Shown here piece after piece: positions 23,459 to 35,520 of a stretch of DNA of 64,000 bases. The stretch spans positions 5,012,448 to 5,076,447 of the forward strand of contig BDGG01000002.1 of the NCBI GenBank assembly GCA_001949185.1. Direction: 5' to 3'. The stretch comes from Ramazzottius varieornatus. Taxonomy: Eukaryota; Animalia; Tardigrada. The translations under genes and the position numbers were made by a program. The notes beneath the pieces were generated by a model. The model saw only the letters and a program-made list of their open reading frames with translations. It was not told the DNA's origin and searched no databases. Numbering within the stretch: the first letter of the stretch is position 1; each line of letters begins with the position of its first letter.

Positions 23459-26400
23459 ATGGACACCCGAGTGGAGATTCTAAAGTACGTCAGCTACATC
23501 TCTTCGGTTGGTGACTACCAGTCTAATGAGCATAACATTCTTGTTTTGAAGGAATCGAAATGGCCATTTCGAAATGCACCCGACAGAGGCGGCCATCATT
23601 GTAAAGTACCGCGTGGATGCCGTCGTGGTGGGGCCAGGAGGCGCACCGATGGCTCGCGGAAAACGGAATGCCACAAAGTTGTAAGGATCGCCTACTGACA
23701 GCCACGTCCTCTTTCGCAGTCGTTCTTTGGCATCTGTAGGGATAAACAAGTTTACGTTTCAGGATCCATATCGTCAATTTGGCGGATGCCACGGACCTAA
23801 CGAGAGTTGCTCGCGAAGTACTGGCGAGGTGCTCGTACATCAACCCGTCACAAGCTGAGGAAGTGGAACAGATCCTGACCGCGATTCGAAATCGCCGGAA
23901 ACTAAACACTACAGGTAGCTGATCATTATAACTTAACTGCCACGCCATCCTGCTGGGTCCACATACTTCCGGCTTCTACGACCAAATATGCTCACCTTGA
24001 TCCGTCTGTTGCAGCACGACCCGGCTCCGCAATGCGTCCGCTGACGTCAAGTAGTGCGCTACAAAAGTCTAAAATCGAGGCAAAAATATCCGACCTTTCT
24101 CGGTATCGGCAGTTGCTGTACGGTACAGTCGAGGATCGATTACAAGGTTGCGAGATGGTTTTGCAGTTGGTTCAAAGTAGACTGCATACCCAGCAAATTG
24201 TCCAGACAGGTAACTTCCGGGTCTTTACCTGCTCTTGACTTGGTACTTTAGGCTAACTTTGTTACCTTGTCTGTCCTCAGAAGCAATCATCAATGCCTTA
24301 GCACGACTCTTGCTGGAGGACGCTGGTCAAAACCTCGATTTGCGAATCAAACTCTGCCGAATTTTTTCTTGCCTGGTGGACATGCCATCGGTAATGTTCG
24401 ATCTACGACATTGAACGGAATCAGAAATACGGTTGCATTAGCCTTTAGAAAGTGAGCGCTACTTTTGCAGGCTGCAGAGCTTTTCGCCAAACATCGTATT
24501 GGAGCCACTTTGATGCAAGAAATGAACAATGAGCTCCAGAGATACGCCCAGCTGCGGAACCGAATAAATCAGCCGGACCAAGAAGCGGGTATGGTGGAAC
24601 CCTTACGGAAGCAGTTCGCCCAGATAGCGCGAAAGCAAGACGAGTTCCTGCTGTCTGCTATAAAAGTACTGACCACCTTGGGACTCCGTGATTCGGACGT
24701 GCTGGGAAAGATGGTCAAGAAGGATATCATCACGGTTCTCATACAGTGCTGTGAGCGACCCAACCCGGAAGTGCAGCTACCAGCTCTTCGGTTTCTGCAC
24801 CGGCTAAGTCTGTATCCTGCCAATATGCCAAAGTTTGGAGAAGCGGGCGTGGTCGAGAAACTGGCTCGTGTACTGGACCATCAGCACAGTAAAGAGCTAA
24901 ACGAACAAGGTCTGAAGATCCTGATCAACTTGTCGCTCTGTCCGGCACTACGGAAGACTATGCTGAAGAGAGGATTCGCACGAAGGATAGTAACCCTGTT
25001 TGACGACGAGGAAGTGTCGGAGTTGGCTGCACGGCTGCTGTACTCTGTATCGCGTGATAAAAGGTTTGAATATAAGTAGAAAAATAGTCGGAAATTGGGA
25101 TGTTTATTTTCTGGTAACTATCAACTTCTTCATACATATTTATTATGTAAATTTGGAAGCAAATTCATTCGCATATTTATGCAAATCTTAATTATCCAAC
25201 TTTCTGTTTTTACAGGTTTAACAACGATCTGTTCTTCGGCGAGCTGTGCGCGGTTTGTGGACAACGGGTGATGGACGTTGTCGAGAAAGATGGTGCTTCG
25301 ACCCAACCGTACCTGCTGTCACTGGTCATGAACCTAATCAGTACCGAGGCTGGCGCGGAGGCTTTCAGCGGTGCGGTTGACCTGGAAAACCTGGCGGAGA
25401 GCTCGCTAAGGACTTCTGATGCGAAGCTATTGAAGATTATCAACATCGTTGTCCGAAATAGTCCTACACCGGCGAGCTGGCTAACCGACAATAACCTGGT
25501 TAAAATTAGTAAGCGATATCCCCTTATGCTACCTCAGTGTTTCATATCTCTCGTTACCTTCCTTATATTTTGTTTAGCGAAGCTGATCTCGGGACAAGGT
25601 AGCGACATCTTTGTACTCGAATGCCTCATCGGACTGGCGGCGCTGCTAGACAGGAACCTCCTGACGGTGGAGACCCTGTCCAAGCATTGCAAGATGGACC
25701 TGGAGCTGATTGAGCGATGCCATCATCACGACGCTCCCGAGGCTCTGTTGGCGCTAGTCATCTTCATGGGAGCCATAGCCAGTCAAACACAAGGCGCGAA
25801 GATTCTCCACGATGTGTCCATGACTAACTGGCTATGCGAGGAACTGAGTAACGTCCACACTGATGACGAAGATCTCCTGTTGCAGGTATGTTTGACAAAC
25901 CGAAGCCAGAAAACTTGTCGGTCGTTTACATATAGTAGTTACATTCTTCTCGTTTTTGCAGATAACATACGCACTGTTCAAGTTAATCCAGTACGAACCG
26001 GCGCGTCAGTCCATCGTGAACTATCCTGGTCTGACGGAAGTTCTCTCTGAACATGCGCAGCAGTCAAGCGATTTGGCTAGTTCCCTACTGGAGGAGTTCC
26101 TGTTCCATCTTTCTATAACCAGTCCTAATGTACATGAAACATGGATGATGGAGAAGTTCCAGCAGTTCAATGCGGAGGTACTTTCAATCATCGGTCAAGA
26201 TGTTTGTCTTTGGTTGAGGAAAGTGTGCGGGAAACAGATTCGGGTTATTCTGCAGTGGTTGAAGGCTATCGGTAATCGAAAAGATCTGGCTCACGAGGAC
26301 GACTACGATTATCTGGATGAATACGAAGATGGTGAGTTGTTCCGTGTTTTCTCAGTCATGAGTTGCGGAACCAATGGCGCTTGTATGACTTGCTTGTTCT

Positions 26401-26578
26401 TGCAGAAGCCGATGAGATGGACCTTGTGACAAAGTACGGACTCGATGTGGACGTTGATGAGCTTAGCGGCGAGGACGACCTCGACATTGACGCAGACACG
26501 GACGATGTTGAAGACATGATTGAGAGATATTCGGCTAGAACATACTCGCAGATGGGGTTCCGCAAATCTTCTAAATAA
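23459..26578 (+). CDS. KIFAP3: Kinesin-associated protein 3 (kinesin-2 accessory subunit), multi-exon, divergent
   Basis: Segments EMHPTEAAIIVKYRVDA...ECHK, TDLTRVAREVLARCSYI, armadillo repeats, DDEDLLLQI and EKFQQFNA(Q/E)WL. Confidence 0.85.
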
Positions 26579-27534
26579 AGAATGCGATAAATTTCCCGAA
26601 AATATTCCTAATCCCGTAACCGCTGTCATTGTGCACTGCCAAAAATTGCCGGAAGATTGAACACGTTAACTTTCGACTAAGACGAAAGACCGCCACCCGT
26701 TATTAAGATATAATGATTTAATGACATCACTGATCTTGGTCTCTGTTTGAACAGGAACCAATTATGAGCTTGGCGCAGTTGATTATGCCTTTCTAAAAGG
26801 AGTAATTACTCGTCCGAAGACTTTGATTAAAATGTAAAGCGACAAAAGACATGCATGGCGCGTGTCATTATGCAGTCTTCTCACCTTTTCCCTTCCCTTT
26901 ATCAACCAATGTTTTTCGATCTGATTGGTGCAAGCACAGAATGGAGAAGTTGTTACATCTGAGTCGGTCAAAAGGAAATTTCATTGACCATGACAGTGTG
27001 CGGAAGTCTTGAGAGCCATAAAGTTCTGCATAGAGCACAGTAAAACAGCCATTACGTTAGTTGTGATTGCCGCTCGTGCCGCCTTTTTTGAGGTAACGAA
27101 AAGGAATCTTGGGTATCCGAGATGAATGCCCTGCCATATTCCGCGGATGAATACCCAATACTTTCGCTTCGCGATTGTTGAACGTGCATAACTAGCCCGC
27201 TGTGCCAATCTCATTCTCTGATCTCAGAGACGGAAGAATTTTTCATCTCAAGGCACACGGAAGTACGTATGTCCAACCTTATCCTCCATTCTTCGTAATC
27301 TTTTTCTTCACTTACTGGAGTCATGTTTTTCAGGTATTGGTGACATCTTCGCCAGTCTAGAAAACCATTGTCCGATTTGCCGCAATATTGGAATAGTTAG
27401 AACTCAAATTCGGTACGCGCTTTTCAACTCTGCAAAGCCGTTCGTCCAGCAATGTGGAGCCTTTCTGCAGCCAGGATGCCTTTTGGCCGAATGTGACGAC
27501 TAGGAAAATAATCCAAAGTTTCTTCTTTAGATTA

Positions 27535-30500
27535 ATGGACCTCCGAAAGTTCGTTTTCCTAATATGGGGACTTGCTGGTGTCAGTTTCTTCCACGCCGAA
27601 GCTCTGCTGACATTCGAAAAGATCAACGGCGTGACGGTCGCCGGACCTGCGCCCAGTTCCTCAACCTCGCCGACACAATTATCTTCGTGTATTCGTAGCT
27701 GTTTCACCGATGTAAGTCTCTTGTTCGGGGTCTCTGATCGGGTCTCGTTCATTCAACTCATTAGAGTCATGACTTTGATCGTAGGATAATTGTCGTGCGG
27801 TGACCTTCACCATCCCCTCCATGCAGTGTTCGCACTTCAACGTTAGTGTCACAAGTGACCAGCTGGTAGCCAACCCTAACGTCCAGTATTTCGACAAGGT
27901 TAACTTTCCCCGCGTTGAAGGAGGTAGGTGGAGGTCTTCGGGCTCAATCAAGCTTTATGGCTTTGTAGAGAAAATTTTTATGCCTTCCTCGTGTACTCGT
28001 GCAGAGTACACACGTGTGCATACTGCTTACCTTTTAATGCATGTAGAAACCGAGGCAAACTGTAACCGGAAGCTGTGGACCGCGGAAAAGTTTCCTGGTC
28101 GAGCTTTTCTTTCTAACAACATGGACACTAACCTGGTAAAAGTCATCGACGGCGTGCCGTTTCGAATACGGTGCTCGGGCCTTTGTCTCCAGGTACAGTT
28201 TACCAGTCCGTAGGGAAAAGAACTCGAAGAAAAGCGAGAGTAATGTTTTCTGTCTTTTCGCAGGAAAACGATTTCACATGTTTGGCGAGTCAGTATAACT
28301 CAACGTCCCAGCAGTGCGTCCTTTTCGCATTGGACGGTCGCAAGATACCTCGTCAGTTCGTTCTCGATAACTCGACCGACTATACCGAGAATCTCTGTTT
28401 GTCCAGTAAGTTCGACTCACTTCAGTTTCCACCCTCACGGCTTGATTATTATCAAAATTGCGAGTTCCGACTTAGTAACGGACTGACGAGCTTTTCCGAT
28501 TTTGGCTCATAGGTGAAGAGCGGTGTAACGGCAGTTCGACCTTCGAGAAGTACAACGATGTGGTATTTCCGCCATTTTACTTTGACAAGAGTATAAGTTC
28601 TCCGTCGGCGGACGCCTGCAGCAAGCTTTGCCTCCAAGAGGTGGAGTTTAACTGTCGGTCTTTCCTGTATCAGCCAGCTTCCAAGGGATGCAGTTTGAGC
28701 CACAGCGACCGATCTTCCTTGGACAGAGGCATCATCCCTACCCTTCCTCGGGTCTTTGCATCAATCTTGGGTCGCCCACTGACCGAATATTACGAATTCA
28801 CCTGCTTCTCGAGTAAGCCATGAACAATTACTCTCCTCGAAGGAAATATCAGTCAAACATTAAATTATTTCTCAAATTGTTTTTGCAGGTTCCCGTCTGT
28901 GTCCGAGGTTCACAGCTCTCACACGATACAGCGTCTTCCAAATGGACGTCAACTCCACCATCGCCGCACCAGCTCCAGTTGATACCCTAGCGCAATGCGA
29001 GGAATTGTGCCTCACCAGCATCCGCCCCCGTTGCGAGTACCTCACCTACATATCCAACAACTCCTCCTGCTCCATCTCACCTTCCCTACAACCGGTCGCC
29101 GCCACTCGTGGCTACGTGGGCGACGGCGACTACCTGCAGTTTACCTGTCCGGACGCCGCGGTGACCACCAACGGACCTGCTAACTCTACTGGCAGTCAAT
29201 CACGCGCTTTCGTCGCATCTTCCTCGTTCAAGATATCCACGCCGATAGTTCAGTTAAACAGAGGTGTGACTATACAGTCAAGAACCACACCAAGTCCTCG
29301 CGTCACACTTCCCGCTGGTTTCGTTCCCGCGTTCAACACAGCAGCACCTAACCGAGGCAACACTCCACGACCCACCGGGAGGCGGTCGTTCTTCGGTCCA
29401 GGGATGGGCTCAGCTCAGTCTATCAGACGTAATGCGCAGACATCGACTACGACTTCCTTCTTACCGATAAGAAACAATGCGCCACAAGTAGGAATTTGGT
29501 CAAAATTATTTTCATTTGCATATTCGTCTATCGCTGTTTTTGCTATATTATATTGTCCGGTTTTCCATTAAGGACCTGCAGGATCAGGATATCCTTCAAC
29601 GTGGCTGCAACTTCACTCGATCGACCGGAAGTATTTCGAACGACTTGGTGACTGCTAGCATAGCCAACGTCACGCTGGACTCTTGTAAACTTCTGTGTGA
29701 AGCCATCACTACCTGCCGGTCCTTCAGTTACAGCTCGAGCCAGAGACTTTGCCTAACGAGCACAATCAACGTGGGACGGACTTCGACCATGGTCAACGCT
29801 TCCTCTAACAGCGACTTCCTCACGTTTGAAAAAAGTAGTGGATGCACCAACAGTAAGTTCGTTCCTCACTTGTTTCTGCCCTGAACACCAGAAATGTTCA
29901 TGTCATAAAATTTTGGAACGCGGGCAGATGATTCGAGCATGCTTATTTTCCCGAGTGGCGCTCACGGCCAATAACAATGAAGACGTCCGTTCACTTGGGA
30001 CGACGTTCATGTTCCATTTATTTACCGACGTCCTAAATCTTGGCACAATCATTTTTGCAGTTCGGTTCGAATGCACGGACAGCCAAATTTCCGTGAGGTT
30101 CGATACAGAGCAACCCTTTCACGGTCGGGTCTTCATCGAAGACGCCAACGATGCCCAGTGCGGCACCAGGGTCTCCGGACAGCGCAGCTTCACGTGGGGC
30201 ATTCCACTTTCCGCCGAGCCGTGCAACACTGTTTACGATGGAGAAGGGCAGTTTAGCAACACCATCACCGTCCAGTACCACGACGTTCTTGTGACGAAGA
30301 GCGACCGGAAGTACCGCATCAACTGTAAGTACGACATCGGCATCATGAACGTCAGCTCTAGTGCTCTGGCTGTGGCCAACCCACCCGTCACACGCATCAC
30401 CATGAACCCTCTACCGCCAAATCTCTCAGTGGAGATCCACGACCTTGGTGGCCAGCCGGTGCAGTCTGTGTTCATTGGAGATACGTTGTTGCTGACCATT

Positions 30501-31401
30501 GCCGTACCTGAAAACAGTCCGTATGGGATATCGGCGAGAAACTGTTACGCCTTTGGCGGCTTGGAAGGTGAAAGGATTGCGTTGACCGACGACAGAGGGT
30601 ACCAACTTCCGCTTTTTGGCCAGCTTGTATGGTGCTTCGACAAGTCGCTGTGTCTTACAGGTGTCCGGTTCTGCCTGAGTACTTCCGGCCGTTTCGTCTG
30701 AACGGCAAAAGTTTGCAGGCCGAGTTCGATGCCTTCCGTTTCAGAAACTCCTACCTGATCACGTACCAATGTACCGTTAACTATTGCCTCGACGCTTGCG
30801 CACAGGTATCAAGTCACCTTTTTTTGCGTAATACAGTACATAGGTATTATGTGGACTTCACGTGCACGGTTGATTGCACGTCGACGAAAAATATTGCTCC
30901 GGTGCATAATTTGGACTTGTCTTTCGTTTAGCCTCTTTGTCGAACCGGAAACTTCTCCGAAGGACCGAGAAGCAAGCGAGAGACTCTATGGAACGCAGCT
31001 CCGATCGGGGAGAACAACTCTTTGGGGACATACAACATTCGCAAGCAGCTGGAAATTGCAGATCCTCAGAGTGGGATACCGGAAAGACAGACAGTAGAAG
31101 GTAAATAACTTAATATCGATAGTTCGGTGCTAACTGGTCGCGAACCAACATGTACGACCGACATGCTGTAGAACAGACGAACTGAAGCAGTACAAAAAGA
31201 AGTAATCTAACTGTTGTCTTTCTTATTGTTACAGGTGTCGACGTTTCGTCAAGCCGGTTATGTCCGAGCAACGCTGTTATTATCGCCTTGGCAGTTTTCG
31301 CTGCTTTTTGTCTGATACTCAACATCGTGTTCTTTGTCGTTGCTCTGAGATCGTACCGTAGACGGCAACTGAAGAGTCACCGCATGTTCATACCCTACTA
31401 A
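27535..31401 (+). CDS. PAN/Apple-repeat plus ZP-domain transmembrane apical matrix protein (NompA/NOAH/cuticlin-like), multi-exon
   Basis: Signal peptide, several PAN modules (CSKLCLQEVEFNCRSFLY, CKLLCEAITTCRSFSY), a Thr/Ser-rich linker, a ZP domain (FECTDSQISVRFDTEQPFHGRVF...AEFDAFRF...YQCTVNYC), an RSKR furin site and a C-terminal TM helix. Confidence 0.88.
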
Positions 31402-31504
31402 GAAACTTTCTATTGCTGCCTCTGTGTCGGCTTGTACATTTTCTTTTTCTATCGTCAGTTTCTGTTAAATTGTAATCATCACTTTTCCATCATGCATGAA
31501 GCTC

Positions 31505-34500
31505 TTATACGCATGTTTCCGTCGTGGTAAGCTGTAAACAGCAGCACGAAAAGTAAGAGTCCATCATACTGTAGTATTAAATTTTAAGAGGAAAAGGCGG
31601 GCTTTTCTTACCGTTAGTATGAGAGGGGGACATGACAGTTCGGCAACATTCATGGCCGTGACGCTGTAAGTCTCCACAAAGATACCGCCATGCGGGGTCT
31701 TCTGCAAGATCACCTGTCCCGTTTTCGAAGATATCCGGAAGAAGTTATTTCCGGTGCGTGATGACGAACTGATTAAGGACATCATATAGACCGGCGTACC
31801 GGCACTTTCTGTCGCCTGCAGTCTGTTCACTGCGTCTCCTATGGTGAAACGGAGGCAGTCGACAATCAGGCTGTTCCCGAAGTCAAAGGCGCATTTCGGG
31901 GCTGGAAGGAAAGCCGTGTATTATTTAGGGCCCGAATTAGCTCCTTCTGCAACTACTGTAGACTAATGCCCCATTCGTGCTTACGCGTCGGCGACAGAAG
32001 TCAAAGGCGAGAAGTTTGCAATCAAGTAATGCGGCTGCCAACGGTTCGCAAATTTCTGACACAGACATAATGTTACAACTTTTTCGCTAAGTTTTGACTC
32101 TCTGCACCTTTCCGTAAAACTGCCTGTCGTTCATGCTCCGATGCGGCAGAAACGGAATGTCAGGTCAGGTCATGTCATATGAAGTGGTGTTATGTCATAG
32201 ACCACAACCTGTCGGAAGTGGCCGACTGCCTTCAATCAGCGCTTCTTTGCACTGCCTCATCACAGCTGCCCCACTTTTGTCCTCTTCCACCGCTTCGCTC
32301 CTTTCCTGTATCTCCTCGTTATCCCCGTTATCAGCCATTTCTCGATGAGTCAGTACATACCTCGATAGATTCTATGCAAGAGATCCTGGGTGAGTACAGA
32401 AGGGGTTGTATTACAGGAAGATAGAAAACGCGCCAAAATGAAAATCTGCCAGAAAAAAATTTTCCACAGGCTGCTCAACCTGATTACCGTAGATTGCGAG
32501 ATACGGCACTGAACAAAAAAGTTAAGGCGAAAAACCGAGCGGAAAAAGCTAAGTAATGAACCGTTCGTACTCAAGAACTTTTGTTGCAGCCGCAGAACTT
32601 TCGCCGCTGGAAGTGCGAACGATGACGTCCCCAAGAAACCGTTTTTACTGCTGTCTTCTTTCGCCGACGCGTAAGCACGAATGGGGCATAAGGCCGGGTA
32701 CATTTAGTCGACAGTGTCGTTATGAGTGCCAAGGTCGTCACGAAAAACTTGGTAGACTTTGTGAACGCTTGAAGAAAGCTAGTTGGTGTGGTAGACGAGA
32801 TTTCAGTCAATCACACGGTAAGCCACAACATTTTGACGAATCAGCGTTCACGAAGTACGGTGGCAGATGCGATCAACCCAGCAATCGCAACCTCGCTAGT
32901 CAAGTTCCGACTTTGCTTTGCTTTGCATCTGCAAATCTTATTCTCTCATCTGTCCTCAGAAACCTAAACGTTTCTTTCACTTTTCGTCTCGGTATTTCTC
33001 TTATCTTGTCTGGAAAACGTGGACGCGCTGCGATAGATCAAGAAGATGTGGAATCCGTTGAGAGGAATCCTTTCACTCCTGCCACAGCGCAGTTCTGTAG
33101 GATCATAAAGGCTAATTCTGCTGCGGCGGAAGTTCGGCTATTGAACAGCACCCTGAGAGTATCGGACTCGGGCGGACGAAGAGATGATATCAGGGCCAAC
33201 AAGAAACCCTCACTGGATCAAACTGATCATTAGAAAGCTCCATCCTTAAGTCAGAAGAGATCACAGGAGAAAAAAGAGAGCCCGGTGGAGACTGGAGAGA
33301 ACAAAACGCACTACAAGGAGTACTCTCAAGTGCTGGGTAGGAAGCTGCTAGCCTGTTTTGGCTAGTAGCTGTGGTGGGCGCCTTGTAATGGAGTTGGTTG
33401 GCTACGCTGGTTGCCTACCCCGATGCGTTCATAAAGTTGACTTAGTATGCAACGAGGTTAGTTGAAACGTAGCTGGAAATGACTCATCTCATAGTTTTTC
33501 GACTTTGTGAACGATCTTTGGGTTGTTATGGGCTACCCACGTCTGGGTTGGAAATAATCGCCTTTGTGAACGCAAGTTCATCATCATTTTCACGACGAGT
33601 CAACGACCTAGTAGCCTACCACTAAACGAACCCGGCCTAACTCGCTTGAAATGGCTACACGTCTTACCTGTGCAATTAAACCCCACCTGAGAAAAAAGTA
33701 ATGCCGTGGTAGTCAGCATGTGCTGCCTTATTTATGCGACCAAATATGAAAGCAAGATGTTCGAAAGTGAAGCTTCTTACTGTGAAAAATCTGATTGCTG
33801 ACGATCCGTTGGCCTCTTTTCCAACAACGCGGTAGACCTGACTGACCAACGACGCCGGCGGGATCTTTTTGTAGATCAAGGTGCCGGCTGCTGGGTCCAC
33901 GTCGATGTATCGGTCGCTGTCTCCGAACGGCGTAGACCTGATCAGCATGAGGGAATAAGTCACAGTCCCAATGGCTTTTCTATTCTGTAAATTTCCAGGA
34001 AAAAAATTCATTTCAGGAGATCGCTGCTTCTGGGCCGCATATAAAATGCGCAAGCTGAACTTACTGATACATAACCGATTGAGCTGTTGATTGGGAGGAA
34101 ACAAGAAGCGACCAAATCTGGTCCCGATATCCGAAGCTTACCGGTAAAGTTTGCACGAGTAACTGAAATTATGCTCCCTATGTTACAAATTTGAATGCTC
34201 CAAATAAGACGGTAAAGTCCAACAAAGCTAACCTACTGTTGTTAAATTCCAATTGGGTTAGACATCGGTGCTGATAGCGAACATATCCTTGGGTGCATGA
34301 ACAATAACCGTCTCCGTTCTCGTCTGCGGAGCACATGGAAAAGGGATCTAAGCACCTTTGCCCAATGGCATAACAATAGCATCCTAGATTGGTGCGGCGT
34401 GTACTGGACATGCAGGTTCCTGGTGCCGGAGTAGGTTTTCCGCCAGTCAGGTAAGGCAGAAGTGTAGTGCTGCTCACTGGCGGAGTTCTGATTAAAGTAA

Positions 34501-34666
34501 GAAACTGTCCGGTAAATATATAGGGTGGTGGGTCACGACTGTAGGGAGACTTTTCTGCGGGATAGCCTTCGAAACCGGGGTAAGGTTCCTTGTAGTCAAA
34601 GTCGCACTTGGACGCCGGAAGCTGCAGCCACAGTCGTATGAAAACCCCAGCGACTAGTTGCCTCAT
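31505..34666 (-). CDS. Uncharacterised, probably secreted protein with a Cys-rich EB-like module and two cadherin-like repeats, multi-exon
   Basis: CLDPFSMCSADENGDGYCSCTQGYVRYQHRC (EB-like), then two related repeats, YSLMLI...RYIDVDPAAGTLIYKK...YRVVG and YMMSLI...FFRISSKTGQVILQK...YSVTA, joined by GT-AG splices. The start is uncertain. Confidence 0.55.
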
Positions 34667-35520
34667 CCTCCGCGGTAGTCTAACCTCAGACCGACTTCAC
34701 GATGACATTATGTAGTTGAGAGGAAGATAGCTGGAACGGGATGTTTCAAACAGCTACATAATAGATTCACCCGGTGTGCTTGATGCAAAAGTCATCTGGT
34801 CAGACGAGCATGGGCCTTCGATCCTCGTCACCTGGTACGCTGCAGAGTTTCAAGTTCGGGCCAGCGCGACGTTTCATTATTTCCAATGGCTGCAATTTGC
34901 AGTTGGAAAAAATGCAGAAAACGAAAGATGCTTTCTTGCTGACCATCAGCATCGATGAATAAAAAAGTGGCGGTCTTCTGACTTGGGTTCTACAAGTTCT
35001 ACGCAGGTCCTCGTTGTGTCAGCTGGCGCAGCTGGCACAAATTTATCGCGTCGTGAAAATAATAACTACCGCTTACAGGAGGCGGTCAAATTACGTCCAG
35101 AAGCAAATCCAAGATTTGCTGGCTGTTTTCGGCTAACTAATTGCTGATATCTCTTTATCAGATTTAGTTATCAGAGTGGATATAAAAAGGTTTCATCACA
35201 ATAGGTCATAAACCTGGACGCGTCCACTCACAGTTTGGTTGGCACCTGAAGTGCCAACAAAATATCTTATCGCACGTACGGCCTTCACGAAAAGTCCATA
35301 CTAATCGTAATTTGAGGACATATAACCCGTTTGCACTTTACACGCTGTGACTGTCGTAAACAGAATTTTGGATTAGACCTGCCGAGTAGGTCTCTGTGGT
35401 CACGTCGTGGGATTCAGTTCTTCATCACCCGACGGCTTTTTATTTCTGGACATTTATTTTATCACATGATGCCTATGTTTCCAAATTTTAATAGCTAATA
35501 CAGCTGCGGTTGGAATTCAG

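Noticed and set aside
5186-26578. Functional germline or mitochondrial gene cluster (FKBP6, DRC10, RAD51, KAP3; MTCH2, MIC19, IBA57)
   Set aside because: The genes are interspersed with unrelated housekeeping genes, which is compatible with chance in a compact genome.
32556-33233. 225-aa plus-strand ORF
   Set aside because: Composition is not protein-like and no domain is evident. It is probably intron/UTR sequence.
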